A stretch of DNA of 63,684 bases, the filler included, from Octopus bimaculoides (taxonomy: Eukaryota), in NCBI RefSeq assembly GCF_001194135.2. It is 4 parts of 3 records of this genome, joined end to end, with 100 filler letters (N's around TTAATTAATTAA, not from the genome) between each part and the next. Parts side by side here need not be neighbours in the genome. Positions count along the whole stretch, not along the records: positions 29,693 to 50,109 come from NC_069004.1; positions 50,210 to 60,458 come from NC_069004.1; 2 more parts are not named here. One strand, given 5' to 3'. The position numbers and the translations under genes are program-made. Positions 38,880 to 51,204 of this stretch are shown here, one piece after another. Position 1 is the stretch's first letter. Every line of letters starts with the position of its first letter. The notes under the pieces were generated by a model that saw only the letters and a list, made by a program, of their open reading frames with translations, ran no database searches and had not been told where the DNA came from.

Positions 38880-39236
38880 TGGGGAAGATGATAGAGATGT
38901 GGCCCTCCTGATACAGGATGACCTCTAGGGATAATTGAGGAACCCGCACAGTCCGAGATTTCCCAGAACACCAAGAGCAAGTGCTCTCTCCAATTCTTTC
39001 TCTCCGACTTACAGGTCTACACTTAGAGAGGTACCATCCACTCTTGCCATTTTCGCAACTTCTATATCGGACAGACGAGCCTCCCATTGCGTAGAAGAGT
39101 AGCAGTCCATAAGGAACAAATAAATCTCCCTCAATACCGTCAAATTCCACTCAGTGGCCACATAGACTCTTGCGCCAGAAACAAAAACCCTAAATTCATT
39201 ATATTCCCTTTCTATCAATGTAAAGACAGAATCTCC
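38880..39236 (+). mobile_element. Penelope-like element fragment: GIY-YIG endonuclease segment joined to an upstream ORF remnant
   Basis: YIGQTSLPLRRRVAVHKEQI..PQYRQIPLSGHIDSCA..K.PKF.IFPFYQ (39064-39236) has the YIG-T-R-H signature. The upstream SDLQ.Y-LERYHPLLPFS is homologous to 61700-61900 (-). Confidence 0.8.
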
Positions 39237-39891
39237 NNNNNNNNNNNNNNNNNNNNNNNNNNNNNNNNNNNNNNNNNNNNNNNNNNNNNNNNNNNNNNNN
39301 NNNNNNNNNNNNNNNNNNNNNNNNNNNNNNNNNNNNNNNNNNNNNNNNNNNNNNNNNNNNNNNNNNNNNNNNNNNNNNNNNNNNNNNNNNNNNNNNNNNN
39401 NNNNNNNNNNNNNNNNNNNNNNNNNNNNNNNNNNNNNNNNNNNNNNNNNNNNNNNNNNNNNNNNNNNNNNNNNNNNNNNNNNNNNNNNNNNNNNNNNNNN
39501 NNNNNNNNNNNNNNNNNNNNNNNNNNNNNNNNNNNNNNNNNNNNNNNNNNNNNNNNNNNNNNNNNNNNNNNNNNNNNNNNNNNNNNNNNNNNNNNNNNNN
39601 NNNNNNNNNNNNNNNNNNNNNNNNNNNNNNNNNNNNNNNNNNNNNNNNNNNNNNNNNNNNNNNNNNNNNNNNNNNNNNNNNNNNNNNNATATATGCATGG
39701 CAGGCTTTTTTCAATTTCAGTCTAACGTATCGACTGACAAGGGGTTATAATAGAAAACACTTACCCAAGTTGTTACGCAGTAGGACTGAACCCAGAACCA
39801 TGTGGTTAGGAAGAAAACTTCTTACCACACAGCCAAGCATACATATAAATTTTAAGTAAATAAAGTGTATATTAAAAAAGAAGTGGCTATA

Positions 39892-40255
39892 GGCACAGGA
39901 GTGGCTGTGTGGTAAGTAGCTTGCTCACCAACCACATGGTACTGGGCTCAGTCCCATTGCATGGTATCTTAGGCAAGTGCCTTTTGAGTGATTTTAGTTG
40001 ACGGAAACTGAAAGAAGCCTGGCGTATATATGTGTGTGTGTATATATGTGTGTGTTTGTGTGTTTGTTCCCCCCACCATTGCTTGATAACCGATGCTGGT
40101 GTGTTTACGTCACTGTAACTTAGCAGTTCGGCAAAAGTGACCAATAGAATAAGTACTAGGCTTACAAAGAATAAGCCCTGGTGTTAGATTTGTTCGACTA
40201 AAGGTGGTGCTCCAGCATGGCCGCAGTCAAATGACTGAAAAGAATAAAAGAAAAA
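39892..40255 (+). mobile_element. SINE family A
   Basis: GCACAGGAGTGGCTGTGTGGTAAGTAGCTTGC...AAGGTGGTGCTCCAGCATGGCCGCAGTCAAATGACTGAAA. A partial inverted head lies just upstream at about 39740-39840. Confidence 0.9.
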
Positions 40256-40635
40256 GAAATATATGTGCATGTGTATATATGCACAATATATTGACGTATA
40301 TGTGTGCTATATACACATATACATACATACACACAGATATATATATATATATATATANNNNNNNNNNNNNNNNNNNNNNNNNNNNNNNNNNNNNNNNNNN
40401 NNNNNNNNNNNNNNNNNNNNNNNNNNNNNNNNNNNNNNNNNNNNNNNNNNNNNNNNNNNNNNNNNNNNNNNNNNNNNNNNNNNNNNNNNNNNNNNNNNNN
40501 NNNNNNNNNNNNNNNNNNNNNNNNNNNNNNNNNNNNNNNNNNNNNNNNNNNNNNNNNNNNNNNNNNNNNNNNNNNNNNNNNNNNNNNNNNNNNNNNNNNN
40601 NNNNNNNNNNNNNNNNNNNNNNNNNNNNNNNNNNN

Positions 40636-40786
40636 ATGATAAAACTCCGAGTTTCCGATGCCCGGGCGGTGTTCCGTTCCGGTCATCTCTTCAGTTATCC
40701 AACTACCGGAGATTCTATTTAAAAAACCGTTATAGGAACCCGGAACGGAACACCGCCCGGGCATCGGAAACTCGGAGTTTTATCAT
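40636..40786. mobile_element. GC-rich MITE with perfect 47-bp inverted repeats (left end cut by a gap)
   Basis: ATGATAAAACTCCGAGTTTCCGATGCCCGGGCGGTGTTCCGTTCCGG (40636-40682) is the exact reverse complement of 40740-40786. Confidence 0.85.
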
Positions 40787-41441
40787 GGCTACTGAATAAG
40801 TGTCACATATTTTTACAGATATATATATTTATATATTAAGCACAAACATAACGCACTCAGATAAATAAATGTGTGAGAGTATGTGCATAGAATTGAATGT
40901 CGAATTCCTAAGAGCACAACAGCCAACTAAGAAACGAACCAAGAATGAAAGAAATAAAAACGAAAGCAACAACAAATAAAAAAGCAAAACAAAAAAAAAC
41001 ATCAACCAGAATTAGCCAGAAGGGGTGTGTCGTATATATATATATGTATTGAACATTCGCTGTAAATTATGAAATATGTTGCCGAAAGTTTGTCGAAAAT
41101 GCAAGGAAATTATCATATCTAAGTTAAGATACTGGAGTTGGTAAGTTAGATGGCAGAGTCTGATATTGGGAGAGAAGCACCTGAATTTAGTAGCATATTA
41201 AGAACATGATGGAAGATATGAAACAAAAAAAAAAATGACTTTTATCTCTTTCTCTGTGCATCTGCGTGTGTGTGTATGTATGTGTGTGTGAGTGCGCGTG
41301 TGTGTGTATTACACTTTTGTGTATGTATGTGTGTATATATATAGCGACATTAAAAATATATTAAAAAAATATATAAACATATATGATATATATATATATA
41401 TATGTTTACACACACATGCACATGTACATGTATTTATGTAA

Positions 41442-41478
<37 letters not shown>

Positions 41479-41737
41479 CACACACACCCACACACACATA
41501 TATATATAAAGAGAGAGAGAGAAACAGAGAAAATAAAGAGATTGAGGGAGAGATTGACAGATATATGTATGTATGTATGTATGTATGTATATGTATGTAT
41601 ACACTTGAATAAATACACACACACTCACACACACACACAGACACACATATATACATATATGTATATATACAAACACATGAGTGTATATTATATATACGTG
41701 TGTGTGTATCTATCTATCTATCTATCTATCTATCTAC

Positions 41738-41787
<50 letters not shown>

Positions 41788-42289
41788 GTCTACACACACA
41801 CACACACACACACACNNNNNNNNNNNNNNNNNNNNNNNNNNNNNNNNNNNNNNNNNNNNNNNNNNNNNNNNNNNNNNNNNNNNNNNNNNNNNNNNNNNNN
41901 NNNNNNNNNNNNNNNNNNNNNNNNNNNNNNNNNNNNNNNNNNNNNNNNNNNNNNNNNNNNNNNNNNNNNNNNNNNNNNNNNNNNNNNNNNNNNNNNNNNN
42001 NNNNNNNNNNNNNNNNNNNNNNNNNNNNNNNNNNNNNNNNNNNCACTCTCTCTCTCTCCCTCTCACACAGACATGAGCTGAACAGAACCCGAAATCCCAG
42101 CTGCAACCAACATGATTCCGTTTTCTTTAATGGATGTTATAATTGAATAGATAGCATCACATTTACTCTCATAGCTAGCAGTATGCAATACGTACACATT
42201 ATTATACTGCATACTATATCATATATATTACATATATACTCATGATTTAAATGATATTGTCGAAGATGATGAACAGGATTATTGTAATA

Positions 42290-42590
42290 GTGATGAGTAT
42301 AGTAACAATGACTATGATGACTATGGCTACAGTGATGATGATGATGGTGATGATGATGATGATGATGACAACGATGACGATGATGACGGTGATGATGACG
42401 ATGACGATGATGATGATGATGATGACGACGACGTTGGTAACGATAATGATACTATGATAATTTTAATAATGGAAAACGGAAAGCAGAGAAAGTTGTTACA
42501 TAGGCAATAACAACAACAACAACAACAACAACAATAGCAACAACAACAACAGCAGCAGCAGCAACTGCAGCAACAGCAATAATGATAATA
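42290..42590. repeat. Trinucleotide tracts (GAT/GAC)n and (CAA/CAG)n
   Basis: Direct reading. Confidence 0.9.
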
Positions 42591-43775
42591 ATGGAAATCA
42601 GAAAATTGTGAAAAAGTCTTTACGTAGACAAAAATAGTAATTATATAATTTGGTTTATTCCTCTCTGTGCCTCTGTATGTGTGAGTGTGTGTATGCGTGT
42701 GTGTATGTGTGAGCGTGTGTGTATGCATATAATACATACATACACACACACACATAACACGATTGAACAAAGGAAAGAAAGTAGTACTTCGGCATTTGGT
42801 AGGATTTACATATAATTTTAATAACAGTTGCTTAGCTTTCCACATGACTGACAGTTTCGTGGGCGTATAAAATTCGTCCATCTCATCAGATGCTTGTAGG
42901 CTGAGTGGAAGGTTTAAGAGAAATTCATGATGACTTCTAGGTGCTGAGGTCTCTATTGGTCAGCTAAGGTCACGTGGTATTATTGCTATCAAAATAGCAC
43001 CAGTTTCCCCTGTTAGTACATGGGCAAAATACTTTTTGTGGTTATTGCTTCTTGGTTTTATACTGCGCCTAGCCATCTTCCTTATATATATAAATCTAAG
43101 GCTCTTAGCTTAAAATTTTTGGGTGGCAACCAGATCGAAATGTCTGAAGTGTAACTGCCCGAAACAGTAAGGACATCTGGTAACTTGACTGAAGAAAGAA
43201 GGCGACGAATGACACGTCCTTTTTAAACCCTGTCCTTTAATTGTTGTTTCTCCTGTCCTCCTTTGTATCGTCCATCTGTCCGAATGTTTTATTGTCCACT
43301 ATTGTATTTTTGTTCCACTTTTTATATTTATATATACATATAGCGGCGTACGTACACACTAGTGCTCACCTATATATAATATATATATATATATATANNN
43401 NNNNNNNNNNNNNNNNNNNNNNNNNNNNNNNNNNNNNNNNNNNNNNNNNNNNNNNNNNNNNNNNNNNNNNNNNNNNNNNNNNNNNNNNNNNNNNNNNNNN
43501 NNNNNNNNNNNNNNNNNNNNNNNNNNNNNNNNNNNNNNNNNNNNNNNNNNNNNNNNNNNNNNNNNNNNNNNNNNNNNNNNNNNNNNNNNNNNNNNNNNNN
43601 NNNNNNNNNNNNNNNNNNNNNNNNNNNNNNNNNNNNNNNNNNNNNNNNNNNNNNNNNNNNNNNNNNNNNNNNNNNNNNNNNNNNNNNNNNNNNNNTATAT
43701 ATATATATATATATTGATCGTGGGTAAATCATAAATCGGAAAAAGAAGCACACTCTAAGTTAGAGAGCTGTATAG

Positions 43776-44016
43776 TATAAAGATAAATAAGGCCGGTCTA
43801 TGGGATCAGCCTGGGCTTCACGTCCATAAAGCGCTTAGCTTTACAGCATATCATCAGACTCCAAACGTGTTGGCACATGGCCTCTGTGGGGAGGCCACTT
43901 ACCACAGAGAGCATGTGCCAACAAGTTTTGGGATATGATGATATGCTGTAAAGCTGAGCGCTTTTTGGACGTGAAACCCAGGCTGATCTCATAGACCGGC
44001 CTTATCTATCTTTATA
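43776..44016. mobile_element. Near-perfect foldback MITE (~240 bp; arms ~115 bp, short loop)
   Basis: TATAAAGATAAATAAGGCCGGTCTATGGGATCAGCCTGGG...GGCACATGGCCTCTGTGG pairs with CCACAGAGAGCATGTGCC...CCCAGGCTGATCTCATAGACCGGCCTTATCTATCTTTATA. Confidence 0.9.
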
Positions 44017-46313
44017 TTATACTATATTATATCATATTTTCATATATATGTATGTATGTATGTATGAGTGTATATATATACGCACATACACACACACATA
44101 AACGTACATATATTTACATATATTTATATACACACATGCATAATACATATATGTACGCGCATATTTTGTATAGATGTGCATGTACATATACGCGTGTATT
44201 TATATTATTTATAAATTTGGCCGTGCACGAGCATTCTCACGTGAAATAATTAACCAATTAATCAATCCATGATGAACGCAGCGCATTACAAGGAAACCCA
44301 GGCTGATGCAAAGCATATATAATTATGATTTCCCAACAAATTACCTCCCATAATCTGTATATTTATTTATACCCAAATCCCGTACAGTCGTATAACTTCG
44401 TGTATTCTCATCCAAGATGGAGACAGGTACCAACGTTCCCATGTGGCAGGATTGATAATTGTTGAGAAATTTTCCTCTACAAGAAACCATTGGTAGCATT
44501 TTAAACCCAGAAATAAAAATAGTGTGACTTACAGTGGATCCTAAAACTGCATACCGGCGTGCATACGTATGTAATTTCATGTACATGTATACCTATATTC
44601 ATGAGTATATTGATGTGTTTATGTCTATGTAAATGTATGCATATGTCCGTATGTGCATGGGTGTATGCCGTCGTGTTTGTATATGATACATACACGGATG
44701 TGCATATTTTATATATATATATATATATGTGTGTATGTATGTATGTATGTATGTATGTATGTATGTATGTATGTATGTATGTATGTATGTATATAAATGT
44801 GTTTATGTATGTATAAACAGACTCACACACATATGTATATGCCACAAAACGCAACGCACCCTCACCGATTTGCCATACACTTAGGACGTAAAGGAAAACT
44901 AGATAAACGCTTGCTAACAACGCTTCCATTATGTAAATAATTAACCGCGGAATTATGCAATTAATAATGGAGGCAATACATACACCACAACACAAAGCAC
45001 ATAGACAACGTAAACGAATGAAATAGCAAAGTAGCACCTGACTAATAACGCATATATCTAACCATGAAAATTCAAATTCCTTCAGTAATATTTAGAACTA
45101 TCAAATTCTTTCTGATTACAGTAAAGTTAGAGCAACATACGCCAACATTACTTAATTCTGAAGATGTGACTACGAAAGGGCGATGATATATGTAAGAACA
45201 CATGCGAAAATATACAAAAAAAACCCCAACAAAATATGGTAAATAAGATAGAGCTAAAACGCAATTGTATCATGCAGTTCACAAGCATACGCACATGCAT
45301 ACAGACATCATTTTATTGGCTCCACGTTTTATTTTTGCGAAGAGAGGAATCTGTTTTATGTTTCGTATTTATTTCCTAGCAATAGTTCTCCAATTGTAGA
45401 ATCAAATTTAATCTATTTCATATATATTTCATAGCAACAGAAATAAAAAATAATAAATTTCCAATTGCGTATACTTATTTCGATCTTAATTTGATCTCTT
45501 TAGTGTAATACTGGAGCTGAAATTATTTTATGAAACCAGATACATATTTTTTTCCCCTTCAAATCAGAGTTTCAACTCGGAAAGGTGGTGAGGGAGACGA
45601 TTATGAATGTACTTAGATAAATACAAATATATATACATGCATGCATACATGCATGTATGTATGCATCCATGAAGCCATCCACCCATACATGTATAAATAC
45701 ACGAATATATAAATACATGAATATATAAATACACACATATATACACACATGTATATATATATATATATATATNNNNNNNNNNNNNNNNNNNNNNNNNNNN
45801 NNNNNNNNNNNNNNNNNNNNNNNNNNNNNNNNNNNNNNNNNNNNNNNNNNNNNNNNNNNNNNNNNNNNNNNNNNNNNNNNNNNNNNNNNNNNNNNNNNNN
45901 NNNNNNNNNNNNNNNNNNNNNNNNNNNNNNNNNNNNNNNNNNNNNNNNNNNNNNNNNNNNNNNNNNNNNNNNNNNNNNNNNNNNNNNNNNNNNNNNNNNN
46001 NNNNNNNNNNNNNNNNNNNNNNNNNNNNNNNNNNNNNNNNNNNNNNNNNNNNNNNNNNNNNNNNNNNNNNNNNNNNNNNNNNNNNNNNNNNNNNNNNNNN
46101 NNNNNNNNNNNNNNNNNNNNNNNNNNNNNNNNNNNNATATATATATATATATAGTTATGAGTAAATATATGTGTATACACATGTATACAAATGTATATAA
46201 ATACATGTATATATGTATAAACATATATTTATAGAGAAGTGCATATTTGTGTATATATTATGTGTATATGTATGAATGCCCTCTCTCTCTCTATCTATAC
46301 ATGCATACATGCG

Positions 46314-46347
<34 letters not shown>

Positions 46348-46399
46348 CATATGCATGCATACATACATACATACACACACATATATATATACATACCAC

Positions 46400-46910
46400 T
46401 TCGAATGCTTGCAATCCAGGAACAAGAATTATCAACCAAATACCCGATGCACAAAAGGGACAAAGATGCAGGAAAGCATCAAAATGTGACAACCGCTGCA
46501 GACTTTGTTGAGTTACACCGAATACATCACCCACATCATAAGCAATTGTCCGAAAATATCATCACGGTATTATCTACAGATGAGACATGATGTTGTAGCT
46601 AGGACAATGTATAACGAGATTCGTCGGGAGGATAACCCCGAGGGCAAAAAAATAAGAACCCACAGCATGGTGGAAGCCCTAGTCACTCATAACAAAAAGG
46701 AGTAGTGGTGGAATTTCCCAGTGAAAATGTCAATAAAATGTAAACAACAGACCTGATATAGTGATTTGGGATAAAGAAGTGTAACGGTGTACAGTTGTGG
46801 AAATTAGCTGCCCAGCGGATGTTAACATAAAGCTGAAGATCAGTGAAAATGAGAATACCTACGCTGAACTATTGAGAAATTTGCAGTTACTCTATCCAGA
46901 TTACAAGTTC
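46400..46910 (+). mobile_element. RLE-type (R4/NeSL/CRE-like) non-LTR retrotransposon C-terminal fragment
   Basis: MLAIQEQEL.TKY, KCDNRCRLC..ITHIISNCPK....YLQMRHDVVAR (CCHC knuckle and RHD), WWW..PV....KC..NRPDIVIWD...VEISCPADVNI..K..EN.N.Y.EL (PD..E motif), with a few frameshifts. Confidence 0.9.
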
Positions 46911-47110
46911 AAATCCAGCCAGCCGGCAGTAAACCTAGGGGAAGACCACAAACAAGATGGCTGGATAATATCCATAGTCTCAGTTCGTCACACTTGGGAA
47001 TCCAGCCGGAAATTTTAATGAATGGTAGTCTCTGAAAGTGCCTATGGACGGGTAGCTTGTGGACCCTACCCCTATGACCCTGCCAGGAATAATTGGGTGG
47101 AGATGGATGG
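46911..47110 (+). mobile_element. RTE-clade LINE extreme 3' end
   Basis: KPRGRPQTRWLDNIHSLSSSHLGIQPE. Nucleotide similarity to the reverse complement of 31700-31870. Confidence 0.75.
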
Positions 47111-47218
47111 ATGGACCAGTTTGAGAATTTTTATTTCGCAAAAGCGTGTATGAACATATATTTCTACAGAAGTGTATATTTGTATATATATTATGTGCAA
47201 ATATATGCATGCATGCCG

Positions 47219-47299
<81 letters not shown>

Positions 47300-47835
47300 G
47301 TATGCATGTATGTATGTATGTATGTATGTATATNNNNNNNNNNNNNNNNNNNNNNNNNNNNNNNNNNNNNNNNNNNNNNNNNNNNNNNNNNNNNNNNNNN
47401 NNNNNNNNNNNNNNNNNNNNNNNNNNNNNNNNNNNNNNNNNNNNNNNNNNNNNNNNNNNNNNNNNNNNNNNNNNNNNNNNNNNNNNNNNNNNNNNNNNNN
47501 NNNNNNNNNNNNNNNNNNNNNNNNNNNNNNNNNNNNNNNNNNNNNNNNNNNNNNNNNNNNNNNNNNNNNNNNNNNNNNNNNNNNNNNNNNNNNNNNNNNN
47601 NNNNNNNNNNNNNNNNNNNNNNNNNNNNNNNNNNNNNNNNNNNNNNNNNNNNNNNNNNNNNNNNNNNNNNNNNNNNNNNNNNNNNNNNNNNNNNNNNNNN
47701 NNNNNNNNNNNNNNNNNNNNNNNNNNNNNNNNNNNNNNNNNNNNNNNNNNNNNNNNNNNNNNNNNNNNNNNNNNNNNNNNNNNNTATATATATATATACA
47801 CGTACATATATATACGTACACATATATACATATGT

Positions 47836-47864
<29 letters not shown>

Positions 47865-47866
<2 letters not shown>

Positions 47867-48697
47867 CTAATCAGGTGCGAATATTCGGGATTGAATATTT
47901 ATATAGATATTAATATTGCTAGTATTGTCGAAGGCAATATAAATAGCTGATAACAACAGCAACATCAATATAGGTGGTTGCAGGCCTGAAATAGCATTAT
48001 ACAGCTATGCAATTAAAATTATATCAATCATAAGGATGCACGCATAAGTCTACCTGCTAGAAATGAGAGCTGAAACCCTTGTTTAAACCACCAAAATAAC
48101 ACTGAAAACAATAACAGAATCAACAGTAATCGGCCAAACGGACAGAACAAAATCTCTTACAGACCCACATAACATAAAGCTATATTTTGGGGTGTTAGTA
48201 TACACGTGCACCGGTTTCTGGTTTGATACAATAATCTTACTTCATCAGCACGTATTAACCATTTGAATTATTTCCTCAATCCGCCACGTTGAAATCTGCT
48301 GGCGTTCTGAATTGTTTTGCGCCAAATCAGGACAGCCTCAGTGTGAAAAATACTAATCAGGAGCAAATATTCAGCATTGAATATTTATAGAGATATTAAA
48401 GCTGCTATTATTATCGCAGCCAATATGAATTGTTGATAATAACAGCAACATTAATATAGGTGGTCGCAGGTCTAAAATAGCATTATATAGCTGTAGAATT
48501 AAAATCATATCAATCATAAGGACGCACGCACTCGTCTACCTGAAGGTTAAAATGGTTAATACGTGCTGATGTAATAAGATTGTTGTATCAAGCCAGAAAC
48601 CGGTCCACGTGTATACTAATACCAAGAAGTATAGCTTTATGCTATATAGGTATGTAAGAAATTTTGTTCGGTCCGTTTGCTCTGAGTATTGTTGACT
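47865..48697. repeat. Composite of 192-bp direct repeats (47865-48056, 48351-48542) and ~147-bp inverted repeats (48118-48264, 48550-48697); probable Penelope pLTR rearrangement
   Basis: TACTAATCAGG...GTCTACCTG occurs twice, 486 bp apart. AATCAAC...TTAACCATTT pairs with AAATGGTTAA...GTTGACT. Confidence 0.85.
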
Positions 48698-48949
48698 CTA
48701 TTAGACATTTTAACAGAATGTGATGACTGCGTATATGATGAAGTAAAAACTATCAAGTTTTTTTTTAAAAAGCCGTTAGTAGATACAACGTCAAGGCAGT
48801 TTATAGAAAGAGAAGGAGGAGAAAGAAAGAAATTAGCAGAAAACTAATAGTGGAGAGATATAGAGCGATAGGTGAATAGGAATAAAGCTGAAAGGCATGG
48901 GAGCAGATATATTTAGTGGAAGTGAAATGTAAGAAGTCAAAGGTCGAAG

Positions 48950-49280
48950 TCAAAGGTAGAAATCAAGTATAGAAAGTAAAGGTGTTTCTGCCAATGTTTG
49001 CAACGATAAACGCGGTCTATAAACGTGTTTACAGGGGGATCTTCTGAGAACAGGATAAAGTACATTTCACTGTTACAAAGCGAACAAAAAGATTTACCTT
49101 TGTGATACGGTAAATATATAGAGAGAATATTCCATTCCAAATCAAATTGTTTATTATGATCCTTTAGATACCAGATTAATTTACTAAGCCCAGTAGTATT
49201 ACGTTTATTGATATGCCTAAATGTAGAGTAATGATTGGATATTCTTTTGGACAACTGAGATGAAGAACTACCTATATAAA
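48950..49280 (-). mobile_element. Penelope-like element GIY-YIG endonuclease C-terminal fragment
   Basis: YIGSSSSQLSKRISNHYSTFRHINKRNTTGLSKLIWYLKDHNKQFDLEWNIL...PYHKGKSFCSLCNSEMYFIL.....VN..D....CKH matches the PLE GIY-YIG consensus (YIG..R..NH; W.LK; C.LC..E; CRH). Confidence 0.9.
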
Positions 49281-49345
49281 AAAAAGATGCCAGAACCGGA
49301 AGTTTTTACCCAATTCTTATTTAACTATATATATGTGTGTGGGTA

Positions 49346-49386
<41 letters not shown>

Positions 49387-49398
49387 GGTGATATGAAT

Positions 49399-49473
<75 letters not shown>

Positions 49474-50109
49474 NNNNNNNNNNNNNNNNNNNNNNNNNNN
49501 NNNNNNNNNCGAGAAAGAGATCGGTGGGTAGATAGATAGATAAACAAATAGAGACGTAAATAGACAGACAGACAGAAAGATAGCTAGCTAGCTAGATAGA
49601 TAGATACATACATACATACATACATACATAGACAGGTAATCATCATGACGTTCTTGTAATTTGATCAGCTAGCTTTCTTGATTTGCACTAATTTGTGAAT
49701 ATGCTATTGTACTGGATAATGCTGAGCACGCATATTAAAACAAACAAGTACTTATTGTTTATTGTATACTGAAATCAATTCTACCTGTATTAATGTACAT
49801 GTAGGAGGCTGCGAGACGGATGTAACCCTATGGAAGTTATGTTGTTTCAATAAATCTATATTCGTCTCTCGTACTTTCTGACAATGTTTCCATATGCTCC
49901 GCACAGAATAATTTTATCGCTCGGATTTCTTGAATTTTGTATTATATTACTTTGTTAACGATCACTATGTGGGCCGATAACCGAATCCGTACGAGGAGCT
50001 TACTGTGATAGCTGCGTGATTTTGTGAATCCAAATCTTATACTACTTATATTTATGTGCATATATATGCTTATTATAAGATATGGATATATATATATATA
50101 TATATATAT

Positions 50110-50209
50110 NNNNNNNNNNNNNNNNNNNNNNNNNNNNNNNNNNNNNNNNNNNNTTAATTAATTAANNNNNNNNNNNNNNNNNNNNNNNNNNNNNNNNNNN
50201 NNNNNNNNN
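50110..50209. other. Artificial assembly linker N44-TTAATTAATTAA-N44
   Basis: Same 100-bp construct as at 29593. Confidence 0.95.
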
Positions 50210-51204
50210 CCCAACCCTAAAAACCTTAACCCTAATTGCAAGTACAGAAATGTTTTGAAATTTTTATCTGAATCATAATGTCCATATTTTTCCGCATATT
50301 TAGGAAAAAAAAAAATTCTGAAAAAAGTTTGAAAAATGAAGGAAATGGGGGTGGGGAGGATGGTAATTTAAAAATGTCGATTTTTGCCAATTTTTTGGGG
50401 AGATTCATATTCCCTGTAGCCGAAAAGGGGGATTTGTGTTAAAAAAAAAAACAATTTTAAATAAAGGGTGGTTTTGTGGGGTGGAACAGGCCGAAGTCTT
50501 GCCAACCATTGATTTAGAAATGTTTTCAAAAACATTGTTTAAAATATTGCTTAAACACCAACTCGACTTTGTAAGGACAGGGACTGGGCCACTAACAACA
50601 AAGTTCTTGGCATCATTGGTAGTTTGCCTCACTGAGGTATCAGGTGATGCTTTTCCAACACCTTATCCTTGCCATAGCCCGTGGTAATGCCATGTGCGTG
50701 CTGGCTTGCTTCAGTAGGTTCCATTGAACTTTGTGGTGTGTGCCCAATTGAAGCATTTGGTACTGCATTGATGTTTTTTCTTTCTTTTCTTTCTTTTTCT
50801 TTGTCTTCTTTTGTGAAATATATACCTGTTCATATTTTGAACTCAATAAAATATATTAAAATATATTAAAAAAAAAGATAGATTGAAAGAATTTTTTTTA
50901 AATGTATGAAATATTTCCCCGAATGAAGTTCAAGACATTTGGGGTATTCCCATGATAGCTAGAACAAAAATATGAGCTTTAAACAGGCTCATGCGATATT
51001 TTGGGGAAAATGATGTAAGGATATACATTTTTGTTTTATTATTTTCATATAATATTTCAAAATTTATTCAAACAGCAGATCATTCTTGGTGAGTCAACAG
51101 AAATTAATATATACATATCAGGGATGTATATTCCGGATGTACTAAGTATGTGCTGCACACCCATTGGAAATGACAAATTCATTATAAATATTAACTGTTT
51201 AACT

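Noticed and set aside
42251-42881. Poly-Met/Asp/Gln/Cys ORFs
   Set aside because: (GAT)n and (CAA/CAG)n microsatellites.
50405-50869. Overlapping short ORFs with a CFNW segment resembling a zinc knuckle
   Set aside because: The CX2CX4HX4C pattern is incomplete, stops occur in all frames, and the surrounding sequence looks low quality.
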